Source: Dimorphilus gyrociliatus
Lineage: Eukaryota; Animalia; Annelida
DNA: 64,000 nucleotides
Assembly: GCA_904063045.1 (NCBI GenBank)
Contig: CAJFCJ010000016.1
Coordinates: 372,001-436,000, forward strand
Direction: 5' to 3'
How positions within the stretch are numbered: position 1 is the first letter of the stretch; the number at the start of each line of letters is the position of its first letter. The notes below the pieces were generated by a model. That model worked only from the letters and a program-made list of their open reading frames with translations. It ran no database searches and was not told the origin of the DNA. Position numbers and translations under genes: made by a program. Positions 52,071-63,805 of this stretch are shown here, one piece after another.

Positions 52071-52641
52071 ATGACAGGTAAAGTTGTGACTCGTAACCGA
52101 CATAATTTAATTTTTTACTATTAATATTATCAAATTTATTCATCATTTAGAACTATCGCCAACCATTCGTGAACTAATCGACAGTTGTCAGAAGGCTAAG
52201 GGAAATGCATATTGTCCATACAGTAACTTTCGGGTAGGATCGGCTGTTTTGACTGAGAGTGGACATATCTTTTATGGATCAAATGTTGAAAATGCCTCTT
52301 ATGGCTTAACAATATGTGCCGAACGTTGTGCACTTTCATCCGCTATATGTCAAGGTCATCGAAAATTCAAAGCTATTGCTGTTTGTACTGACTTGGAAGA
52401 GTTTAAGGCTCCTTGCGGGGCTTGCAGACAATTTATTATTGAAGTAAGTAGATGGCGTTAGCTGTTGACCTTTTTTAAGACAAAATTAACTGTTTTTGTT
52501 GTATTTTTCTAATAGTTTGGAATTGATTTGGATTACTATATGGTAAATAACAGCGGTGAATTCAAGAAAATGGATTTCGCTCCGCTAGTTCCACTACCAT
52601 TTGCTCCAGAAAGCCTGCAACAAAGTCAAAATAAAGTATGA
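52071..52641 (+). CDS. CDA: Homotetrameric cytidine deaminase. Exons 52071-52077, 52151-52443, 52516-52641
   Basis: AYCPYSNFRVGSAVLT, GSNVENASYGLTICAE and PCGACRQ zinc motifs; C-terminal LVPLPFAP. Confidence 0.96.
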
Positions 52642-53562
52642 CAATAGCTGCTGCTGCTGCTCCTCTCTCTCTCTCTCTCTCTCTCTCTTTTGTTGTTGTT
52701 TTTCTTTACTTCTTTCCAACGCGAAAGAATATTTATATTTGAAGATAAAAAGAAGCATCTAAAAAAAGAGAATATGTAAAATAAAGTAAAAGAAAAATAA
52801 AATGTGTCTTTGACGGTAGATGGCATAAATAGTCTTAAATCACAGGAAGAGATTATAGCTTTTCTTTTAAAAAGAGAAAGCCAAATTAGTAAAAACAGAC
52901 AAAATTTATTAGAAATATAGGATTTCTTTAAAATCCTTTCAAATTTGGTATAAAGAGATAAGAAGATTATAAATTTATGTAATTTATATTTAAGGCGCTA
53001 GTTTTCAGAGAGAAATTTCAAGATCCTTTCCTTCTTGCAATATTTTTTCCCTTCAAGCCTCCCTCTCTCTCTCTCTCTCTCTCTCTTTTTCACTATCAAA
53101 ATCTCTTAAAGTTTGCTAAATTATCAATATTAGTGCTATTCAAAAAATAATTTGTTTGACTTGTCTTTTTCGATTATCATAGTCAACTTCTATACCCGAA
53201 AAACAGCTCGTTTAGTTCCAAGTTTTTTTCGTTCTTTGAAGAATTTCTATAAAATATTTATGTCAAATATATTTTTTATTCTTATCGATAAATAAAAAGT
53301 ATTTTATCGGATCATCGTCTAAAAATGAAAAAGATTACTTTTTGCGATTTATATAAACAATCTGTCAATTCCAAGTTAGTCATTATCAATTTAAAGTCAT
53401 TTTCTAATTTCTTAATTGTTGAATTGGATAAGTAACAGCTTGGTAAACAGTAGTTATTATTAATTGATTCGAATTTATTCATAACTCTTTAATGAATATT
53501 TTAAATAATTTTTGACTATGTTAATAATAATACTAAATTAGCATATTTAATTAATGTATATA

Positions 53563-53565
<3 letters not shown>

Positions 53566-53601
<36 letters not shown>
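53566..53601. repeat. (TA)n microsatellite preceded by TATACTG
   Basis: Directly visible. Confidence 0.95.
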
Positions 53602-53605
<4 letters not shown>

Positions 53606-54695
53606 GAAAGCGCTTCTAACAACCATAGATAACGTAATTTCCCAAAGGCTATTTGTTATATTCGATAAGAAAATGTACTCTTATTTCAGAAAACATTTAC
53701 GAAGGCATACACGAATAATAGCAACAACAAATATTAATATATTTGGGTTTATATACGTATACATAAAATTAACATGAAGGAATACATATATATATATTTC
53801 ATTAAAAAATCTCAAGATAAGCCGTCATTATCGAAATAATAAATAAATTAAAATTAATGAACCTAAGGAGATTTTTAATAAGAACAAAGATTCATTCTGA
53901 TAGCTTTCGTTTTGTTTTTATAAAGAAACAAAATATAATTGAAAAGAAATAAAGCCGTATTTTGTTCTCTTTTTTTAAAACTATTGTCGATATATTTCTT
54001 AAAATACTTTTCCTCCTCTTTTCCAAAATTTAAAAACAAAATAATACTTAATTATAATCAAAGAAAAAGAAAACTTTCCATATTCTATCCTCAGTTTATT
54101 TCTTTTTTTTTTTTGACCGGGAAGAGAGGACGAAAAAGGAGAGAAATTAGAGGAAGGATACACAATTATTTGATAGATCAGTAAGGATGTGTAAGGTAAA
54201 CCTCAAAGAGCAGGAAATAGGTTAGATTATGAGAAGAGCGAGAACGAGATAAATAGATAAATAGATAGATAGATAGAGCTTAGATAGGCTAGAACAAAAA
54301 TAAATTGAAAAAAGTAGTAAACCAAAATTAATTAAAAAGGAAAAAAATATGTAAATATACATATTAGGTTTACAAGTGCAATCTGAGAGAGAGAGAGAGA
54401 GACACACACACAGACACATTAAACGGGAAAAACAATAAAGTTTCAGCATAATAAATAGACAGATTTAAAAAAAAAAAAGGATTAAAAACTATTTTCTTTT
54501 CTTTGTCTCTCATTTTTATCTTAGACATTATTATTATGATTTAAATATACTTTTTTCTTGTTTTTTAACACATATATGTATAAATTATTCCTATCTTATC
54601 TCTTCCAATTGTCCAATATCATTCTTTTTTTTTTTTATATTAAAATCTCTTCAATCCTTCCAATATTTATATTTCATTGTTTTCATTAGTAATTA

Positions 54696-56007
54696 TTAAC
54701 AGCAATCTCTCTTCTTTTTACGGTTTTCACCGTTATTACTTAAATTTATTTTTTCTTTATTTTGTTCGTCGTTCGCTTGATTAAGCTTATTTTCTAGTAC
54801 TAATCTCGCAATGGATAGGAAACATTCATCAATATTTTTATTCTCCTTTGCCGAAGTTTCTATAAAATCAACTTCCATAACGGACGCGAAATCTCTACCG
54901 TCTCTTGTTGGAACACTTTTAGATCCTGGTTCATCATCCTTGTTACCAACTAAAAGAACCGGAACAGCTTCGCAGTTTTTCCTAATTTCTTCAAGCCATT
55001 TTTTAACATTGGAGAAAGATTGTGTAGAATTAACATCGTAAACAACTATAACGCCATGAGTCCCTCGATAATACGTTGTCGTTATCGTCCTAAATCTTTC
55101 TTGTCCTGAGGGAAATCAATTGTTTTTCTTATTTTGTTAATATTCCGCAATGACAACATAATTTAAAATAGAATCTAGAGAGATTTTACCCGCGTTTTTA
55201 ACTACAGTAATACAATCCTTTTAACAATTGTTTTATATAAATAATCCAAAATGTGATACACACCCTATTTATCGTATTAATAAGTATGTAATTAATTCTT
55301 ATATTGTTGTTCCTTAAACAGATAAATCTTTCAATGCTAAGCCTCTTTTTTATCTTGTTAAAGTGTCAATTAAGTAGTTTTTTTTAAAAGATATTTTAAC
55401 AGACGACATCGTTAGTTGTTTAATTCTTAGGGATAAATAGTTTGGTAATAAGAGAACTTTTCCAATTCGCTTCTTTATTTTCTAATAAAATAACCTATAA
55501 ACAGTCGGGTATTACTAAATAAAGTATAGTGAATCAGATTTTAGATGGGGAATAAATTGTTATAAATTAACGTTAATTTATTATATTGATTGTTGACTCT
55601 TTGGATTAAATAATTAACTGAATTTTTGTTAAGTCGGCAATACTGCCTGCTGATTGCTACAAATACAATATAGAGGAATTTTTCAATGCTATTATTATTT
55701 CAATTATACTGGTAACAATCAATTGTCATTCGTAAGGTAGCTAGAATGTGAAATTTCGTAGTTTGTGCGTATTTAATGAAAGAAAATTAGAAAAGTCTGT
55801 TACACCTGCAGTATCCCAAATTTGTAATTTCAACTTCTTTCCATCTACCAGAATTGTTTTTACTTTGAAATCCACTCCAATTGTTGTTATATAAGTTCCT
55901 GTATAAGTATTATCGGAAAACCGTAGTAGAATGGAACTTTTACCCACTCCAGAGTCCCCAATAATTAGTAATTTAAATAGAAAATCGTAATCTTTCGAAG
56001 TAGTCAT
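54696..56007 (-). CDS. RAB35: Rab35-like small GTPase. Exons 56007-55806, 55105-54696
   Basis: [71 protein letters not shown] and polybasic KKKRDCC tail. RGTHG and the tail favour Rab35 over Rab1. Confidence 0.88.
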
Positions 56008-56776
56008 TCTCTTCTTGTAACAGGAAGTTAGCTCCTCTTCCGGCTAATAAGAAAGTGGCGACATCTGTTTATTATTGTCATCTCATTTAAAGGCCTAATT
56101 TAAGCCTTGAATGGTTTATTTGTCAATTAGTCTAGTTGTTTTGAAAACTTTGTTGAACTTCAGTTGGTTCGGGAATGCATTAGAGAATATGTTATTTACT
56201 TTTGTTCTCTTCAATATATGAAGATTAAAATAGTATGGTTAATTCAGAAAATAATATGTGCTTCTAAAATTTAACCCCAAAATAAATTAGATAAATTAAA
56301 ACATACCTATTTCTTATTGCTTAAATAATTATCAATATTTTTTAATGGTTAAATAAGTACATTAAAGAGCTTTAAATATTAGCCTATAGTTACCCCTTAC
56401 TTTTAGACAAAACACTCACTACCAGTTTAAAATAAAATGTGGTTTTAAAATTTTCTATTCCCCAAACAAAATGTGTCGATCGCTGATTGGTTAATTTATG
56501 CACATGTGTCTTTTATGAAAAATTGCTAATTTAAATATAGAATTCAACATTCTAAGACTATTTGGAGATATAAAGGATTGATTGCATATCAATCTTGTAA
56601 CAATTTCCTCTTAAATCGATCCAACTTACTGAGAATACTTCAACCAATTATCTAAACCAACCGGATCAAAACACGTCAGCTTTACTCTACAAATACCGGA
56701 TTGACAATATTATGTCATTATTGGAATAGGCAACTTTGTTATGTAATGAAATTCTAACTAATAAAAACATATAAAA
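56008..56776. promoter_or_regulatory. Divergent promoter region Rab35/CRELD with CCAAT boxes and a UPRE-like site
   Basis: CTGATTGGTT at 56483-56492, CCAAT at 56644 and ACACGTCAGC at 56671-56680. Confidence 0.5.
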
Positions 56777-58172
56777 ATGAAATACGAAAAGACAATTACA
56801 TTCTGTGTATTACTTTCATTCATCTTGGTTTTGGATGCCGTTGATTTAACACCTCTAATGAAAATAACCAAAAAGTGCGATTCTTGTAAAAAGATCGTTG
56901 AAAAATTCTACGAAGTAAAGTTTAATTATATTAATACTAATACATTTCCATACTAACATTTTCAATTGACCTTTACAGGGTCTAAAGAAAACCAATAAAG
57001 CAAATTTTGGAGGTGGAAATACTGCTTGGGAAGAGAAGAGTTTAGGGAAATTTTTTTTTAGGTAAATATAACTAAATTCTTGATTAATTAATGATTAATT
57101 ATATATTAATATATACATATATATATATTCAACAGTGAAACTCGTCTATATGAAATTACGGATAGCATATATCAATCTAGTGATTCTGAGGTGATTACTA
57201 ATACATATACTTCTTTCATATTGAATATTCAGTTTATCTATTGTTTTCTTTCATTTAGACGGCTTCTATGTTAGGAGAATACGAAGAAGATGTTGAAGTT
57301 TGGTGGAAGGAACACTATAGCAAAAAGAAAGATCATATCAATTTATTAGAATATATTTGTATTAACAAGATTAAAGTTTGTTGTCCAAACGGAACGTTCG
57401 GTGAAAATTGTCAACCTTGCGTTGGTTTGTATACAAATCGATTAAATTCTTTGTTTCTTTTAAAAAACAGCAGAAATATTTGTATTGTCTTTTTCAATTT
57501 AAGGAGGAAGTGAAAAACCTTGTAATGGTAATGGTAAATGTGAAGGTGATGGAACTAGAGGCGGAAGTGGTGATTGCGAATGTAAGGAAGGTTATTTGGG
57601 TAATTTATGCGATACTTGCGCACCCAAATTTTATCGTGTATTGAAAGAAGATACTGAGGAGAATTCTCAGCAACCCTTAGAATGTAAAGCTTGTCACGAG
57701 TCATGTAAAGACAATTGCACCGGCCCAGGACCAAATTTATGTTTTAGGTGTAAACCAGGCTGGAACTTTGATGAGGAGGACGGTGTTGGTTGTGTAGATA
57801 TTGACGAATGTGCTGAAGATAGTCCTTGCAAGGATGATGAATACTGTAATAATAAGCCAGGATCTCATTCCTGCGAAAAGTGCCACGAGCATTGTAAGGA
57901 TTGTACGGGACCAGGAGCAATAGCTTGTAAACAATGTGCACCATTACACTTTAGAGATGAAAATACACTGGAATGTTCACCGTGTCATCCAGGTTGTGCC
58001 AATTCCTGTACGGGAAAAGAGGCAAATAAATGCGATGCTTGTAAAGAGGAAGGTTGGAAATTTAATGAAGAGAATAAAAATTGTGACGACGTTGACGAAT
58101 GCGAAAAAGAATCAGCATGCAGTGAAAATGAATATTGTTTGAATACTTTTGGATCGTTTGCCTGTCATAGTA

Positions 58173-58212
<40 letters not shown>

Positions 58213-59274
58213 CATAATTAATATTTAAATAATCTCCCTGACAGAATGTCACAAAGCCTGTCAAAAATGTTCTAAAGACGGTATCGAAAATTGTCTAACA
58301 TGCGCTAGCGGCTACGAAAAGAATGAAAACGACACAACATGTCAGGATATCGACGAATGTTCATTAGAAAATGGGCCTTGTAAAGACAGTAACGAGGATT
58401 GCCTAAATACAGTTGGCTCATTCACATGCGAATGTAAGAAGAATTTCGAAAGAAAAGATGGAAAGTGCTTACAGAAGAATTCTCAGAAAAGTAAGTTGTA
58501 ATTTAATTTTATTTGAATTCTTTCTATTGTCTTTTATTAGTAATTATTTATTTATTAATTATAATAGAAATATTAGTAATTATTTTAATTAAGAATTAGA
58601 AAAAGAGCGATTGAATGCGATTGAATCAATTTTATTTTTAAATATTTTTTTAATACCTTTCTATATTGTTTTTTATTTTTTTAATTGTTCCAATTAACTA
58701 GAATGAATGTTCACTTCTTCTTGATTGTTGTTATATTTTAATTAGATTTTTTTTATCGTCTTTCTGCATGCGATTAAAGCGCCCTCTATGTAGTTTTTTT
58801 GAAATAGTTTTCTTCTTTTTTTTTAACTGTTCGTTCATTGGTTAGACTTGGATATATAATAGGTGTATAATTCTTATTCACTCTTCTCTGTTAATTCTCC
58901 TCTAACCATCTTAAAAAGCAAACGAACAAACAAAAATGAAGGCTTCCTTTTTAGCTACGTTTTCCTTTTGCTTTGTTATTGTTGTTGTTGTTGTTGTTTC
59001 TTTTAAATGACTTACTTGAACTATTTCTTCGGTAGAGGGCGCTAAGAAAACAACGAAAAGTTCGCAAACGACGAAAAAACGAAAACTTATAAAACAGAAA
59101 GAGAAGGAAATGAATCTAGAAAATCTAAAATTATTCAGTTCAATGATCGCATTTGTAATTTTCAACTTTATATTTAGAAAGAGTATCCCTGCTCAAATAA
59201 TTTTTACTTGTACCTATGCAATTTACGTTTATTGGATATCTTATAGAATCGATTCAATTATGAAAAAGAAATAA
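56777..59274 (+). CDS. CRELD1: CRELD (cysteine-rich with EGF-like domains), CRELD1-type with two C-terminal TMs. Exons 56777-56914, 56979-57061, 57136-57190, 57259-57424, 57504-58169, 58245-58490, 59036-59274
   Basis: Signal peptide, CDSC, NFGGGNTAWEEKSL, SETRL, KVCCPNGTFG, CNGNGKCEGDGTRGGSGDCEC, furin-like and Ca-EGF repeats, two TMs ending YWISYRID...KKK*. Confidence 0.94.
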
Positions 59275-61599
59275 TAGCAATTAATATGTACATATACATA
59301 TTTAATTTGTTCAAACAGTTATTCGTCTACGTGTACGTTGTTAATAGATGTATTTCAATTTATTTTAATCATTCATTGCCATTATTATTCAATTTATTTA
59401 ATTTATATATTAAGAGACGATAATTAATTATAGTAGTTTTTTTTTATATAAAGATATATATATATATATATATAAATAAAAATTATATAAACATTGAAAA
59501 ACAGAGAAAAAGAGAAAAACGAAGAAAGTGAAAAAAGTTGAGGTAAATAAAGATAATTTAGCTGAAGAAAATTTGGAAAGTGAGAAAAATAAAGATGAAT
59601 TATGAGATAGAAAAGACTTAATTATCAACCTTGCTGTGATGTGCGTTGTTTTTTCTTTCTTTTTTTTTTTTTGAATATCTGTTTTATTGTTTTTTTGTCT
59701 TGTCTTTATTCTCATTATTATTATTATCCTTTGTTTCTCTTCTTCTGGCACTCTATTTTTTTTTTGACAGTCACTATACTGCTTGCTCCAATCCTCCACC
59801 CTGTCAAATAATTCTATACATATATATATATTTAAACAATCATATTCATCTCTTTCTCTCTTTCTCTCTCTCTCTCTCTTGCCATCAATTTGCAATTTTC
59901 TTGTCTTAAGTTATTAAATAATTATTACAATTATTTTTTTTTTCAATAAGAATTTCATTTGCAATCTAAGCTTCATTTGTTTCTATTATGTTATTATTAC
60001 TATATTTTGGGTTGAATTATATAGATGGCACCACTATCTTAATTTTGAATTTGTCCTTTTTTTTTTCCTTCTGGCTATCCAGAGATATTGAGGCCATCAA
60101 ATAAAAGTCGGAAAATGTTTGTTTGTTAGTTTACTTTACAAAAGTAATGAAATCGGAAATGGAAAAAAGAGTTTGTCAGTTGGATAATGATTTGTATAAA
60201 GAATTTAATGGCATGATAAGACGTGCTAAGTAAAGCAATTCCCGTCTCGAATGGCGAATTATTGACAAAGATTATCGATAGAGATTCTATACTGTAAAAC
60301 TAGCTAACAAATCCAAAAATGACGTCAGAAATGGCCAAAAAACATACGCTCGATTTATTTAAATTACAAAATAATTGGATGCTATGGCAACGTTTTATCA
60401 AAGAAAATCAGTTTTGGCCTTATTAGGATTACGCATAAGGTCGAATCCACAAGCTTTTTTTATAGTTTCTTTGTCTATAGATCCAGTATATCCTATTCCT
60501 CGGAGGGTTCCTGAGGCTAAAAAGAAGAAAATTATAATCCTCTTCCCTTGCCTCATCCTCTTCTTCTTTTCTCTATCTATAAATGTATATATATATATAG
60601 ATACGTTATATACAACAATAGATAATCTATTATTTCAAAAAAAACCGAATAAACTATTATACATGTTTTTATAAGATTGTATTGTATATATCTGAATAAA
60701 AACTATAAGCTTTACCAATGAAGAGAATGTACCAAAATAATTGTCTTATTCACCTTGCACTTGTCATTTGTGTCTGAAACAAAATAATGTTTTTGAAAAA
60801 TCATCAGATATTTTCTTGTTGAGGAGTAAATGAGAAGCTTTTCTTTTAGTAACAAATTAATTCCATCTTAATATTAATTGATCTCTTTATTAAAAATTAT
60901 TATCTTTGTTCTCTTACACCAAGATTCCTTTCACTTTTTACCAAGAAAGATAACAAAGAATTATATATATATATATTTTAAGAAAAATAATTGACAATAT
61001 AATTAATCACTTAAGTTTTGTGACATCTTAATTAGGTAGGAAACATATGTAGTTATGGTAACCTTTGATGTTCACGTTTCTTTCATGGTCTAGTTATAAG
61101 GGAAAATTGAAAGAGAGGATGTAGAAGGTAACGAAAAAGGAAGGAATACGACAAATAGAAAGACTTATAGAACCTTTAATATAGGGAGAAACATTATAAA
61201 GGTAAGTTTTGTAGGAGAAAACTGGTGAAAAGAAAGTAAAAGGTGAGCAAAGAGGGTGTAAAATCGACAAGTTAAGATTGTTTTCCTCCCTTTTTTAGAG
61301 GGGAGCTGTTAATCGTTTCGAGATCAAAGAAGACAACTATCCAATTTATCAAGTTGAAAGAGACAGAGAAGAAGAGATCTTGTGATTATTTCGTAAAGAT
61401 ACAATTTTATTAAGATAGAGTAAATATTTAATAATTTCTTCTTAGTCAATTTGGATTAAATGTTTTCTTTATTTTGAATACAAAATTATCTTCTTTTTTT
61501 ATAAAAAAAAATAACTGGAAAAGAACGCTTGTAGTCCGCTAAGTGAAGCGTCACGTGACTTTGACGCCGCACCGCTAACTATCGTCAGACTTTAGGAAT

Positions 61600-63575
61600 A
61601 TGCCGCATATACAACGACCGTCGTCCGTAGACGATCGTAGCGTTGCAATTGCAACATTTACGATCGAAGCGTCGCTAGTTCTTCTAAATATTCTTCCGTT
61701 ATTGACTGTATTAGTAGTAAAGAAGGAGAGGAGGTCAACCGACGAACTAATAGCTGCATTGAGCGTTAACGATATTCTTGGTGTTTTATTGCCTTTACCA
61801 GCCCGACTCACATCGTTTATCAGGAAGGAATGGAAGGGAGGAAGAATTGCTTGTCAACTTTATCAACTAACCGTCCATTGGACGCAATTAAACGGCATGT
61901 GCCTATTGACTTTAATTTGCATAGATCGTTTCTTATCCGTTCGATATTCGATTGAGCGAAAAACGCCCTATTCGAATGGAAAAATACGCATAATTGCCAT
62001 ACTCATTTCGTTTACAACTCTGTTTGTGTCCTGCTTACCATTGATGGGCTTAGCTCCAATAGCTTTTAAATCAAAACTATGCAGATCGTGGTTGATTGCC
62101 GAAGCATCCGACAACGTTCAAAGAGTATTTTACGCCGTATTCATAGCGGTAGCATCTTCTAATCTCCTAGTGGCTTTTGCCTGCAATGCAAAAACAGTGA
62201 AAGACGTTTACAGTATGAAAGATTCTCTCACAGATCAGAGACAGGTAGCAGAATTTTCACTACTGATAGCAGTGGTTACAATAGTTTTTTATCTGGCCTG
62301 GTTCCCTGTCTTGGTAAGTCCCATTTCTTTCTGTCCCCCTTTTTTTTCGTTGAAAGAAAATCAATAGCGGCGTTCATGAATAGAACTTTATTATGCTGGA
62401 ATCCTTCACACTGCAATTTTTACAGAGCACGAACAGCAAAAATATATTAGTTCTGGAATAAAGGAAAAACTATAATAGCAAAGTGTGTTTTTTAGGAAAA
62501 TAAAGCATATCCGCATTACGTCAGATAATCCAAAATCAGATAAGGTTTCTTTTTACTATCGATCAAGAAAAGCAAGAGATGCGCTTTGACAGTTTATTAT
62601 ATTATACTGCAATACGAAATTCTCCCAAGTAATATAATTTCCTCCTTTTCTTTCTCATCCTTTTATTTCTTTTCCCTATCTCTTCTTCTCCTCTTCAAAC
62701 TAAAAGGGTAAAGAGAGAGAGAGAGGAGAATAAAAGAGAAAAGTGAGGCTGAGAGGGAAAAATTACCTTAAATTATCCTGCCTACTGCAGAAAAATGGAT
62801 AAAAACAAACTTTTTTCTCTTCTAACGTAATAGAAGCTGGCGAACCGTGAAGGCGCACAGAACGAATATTGCAGTACTTCCCTATCAACTTCTGTTAAAC
62901 TGCGCGGAAAAATAAAAAGGAAATGTTTACAATGCGTGACTGGAATATAATTCAGCCTAAAAAGTCAAAGACTACTGCAAAAAATTGCAGATATGTAGCT
63001 TTTAATAAAAATTGATGATTAAAATTGGCGGATCTTAATTCCGTCATGCTTATGTAAATAGCGATTTATTGCAGTTGCACCCTTTTAGTTGAAATCCTCG
63101 ACTAAATAAACTATGTAATTAGCCTAAAGGATGGTTAATTAACTTTCTCTTTTCTCTTTAGGGCTAATTAAATGATATTTTTTTTACCCTCCAGGTAATT
63201 ATTCCGATGTCTCAGGCTGGTTATCAAGTGGGCCGCGTAGCAATCATTTACTGCTTAATATCACCCACTCTGACTGGAATGACAAACCCTCTCTTATACG
63301 CAATTTGCAGTAGTACATATCGTAAATGTTATACTGCTATTTTGGGGAAAATTTGCAAGCTTATTACAGGCTGTACGCCTAAATCATGTAGGACTGAAGA
63401 AGAATTGACTGCAACAACTGCATCGACTACAGCAAATAGCGTTACAGCTTTACTAGAGAGTCGGACAGCAAACGACTGTCTCCTGGAAGGTCGTCTAGGG
63501 ATTGCAGCGCAATATAATATTTTGAAGGGTTCGAAATTGAGTTTGCTCAGTTCAGAAGAAGATGAAAGGATGTGA
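61600..63575 (+). CDS. Class A GPCR, prostanoid-receptor-like. Exons 61600-62313, 63195-63575
   Basis: Seven TMs, TM2 LSVNDILG, C3.25, IDRF, TM6 YLAWFP and TM7 NPLLY. Single intron at the end of TM6 (TTG|gtaagt ... ccag|GTA). Confidence 0.85.
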
Positions 63576-63587
63576 AAGAGAAGTAAC

Positions 63588-63620
63588 GAAGAAGAAGAAG
63601 AAGAAGAAGACGAAGAAGAA
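63588..63620. repeat. (GAA)n repeat in the GPCR 3' flank
   Basis: Directly visible. Confidence 0.9.
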
Positions 63621-63805
63621 GTGGGCACAATGATGATAAGGAGGAGGAGGGGGAGGAGGAGAAACGGCAGCAGGTGAGGGTGAAAAGAGGAAAGGGAAAG
63701 CATATAACACAACGAAAAAGTTCTATTGAGGGAAAAAAAACGAAAACAATGAAATTATAGCAGGAAAAAAACAGAATTGGATGAAGAAAATTGATTTTTT
63801 TTTCA

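Noticed and set aside
52020-52073. Stop-codon readthrough fusing PRRT3-like to CDA
   Set aside because: The frames match, but two more stops (TAG 52059, TGA 52065) intervene.
58955-59010. Alternative hydrophobic CRELD terminal exon (TTFSFCFVIVVVVVVSFK*)
   Set aside because: The hydrophobicity comes from a (GTT)n repeat; the exon at 59036 gives the family-like two-TM end.
3825-63575. OATP plus prostanoid-like GPCR as a prostaglandin module
   Set aside because: They are 55 kb and ten genes apart, the OATP subfamily is unassigned and the receptor lacks the key Arg.
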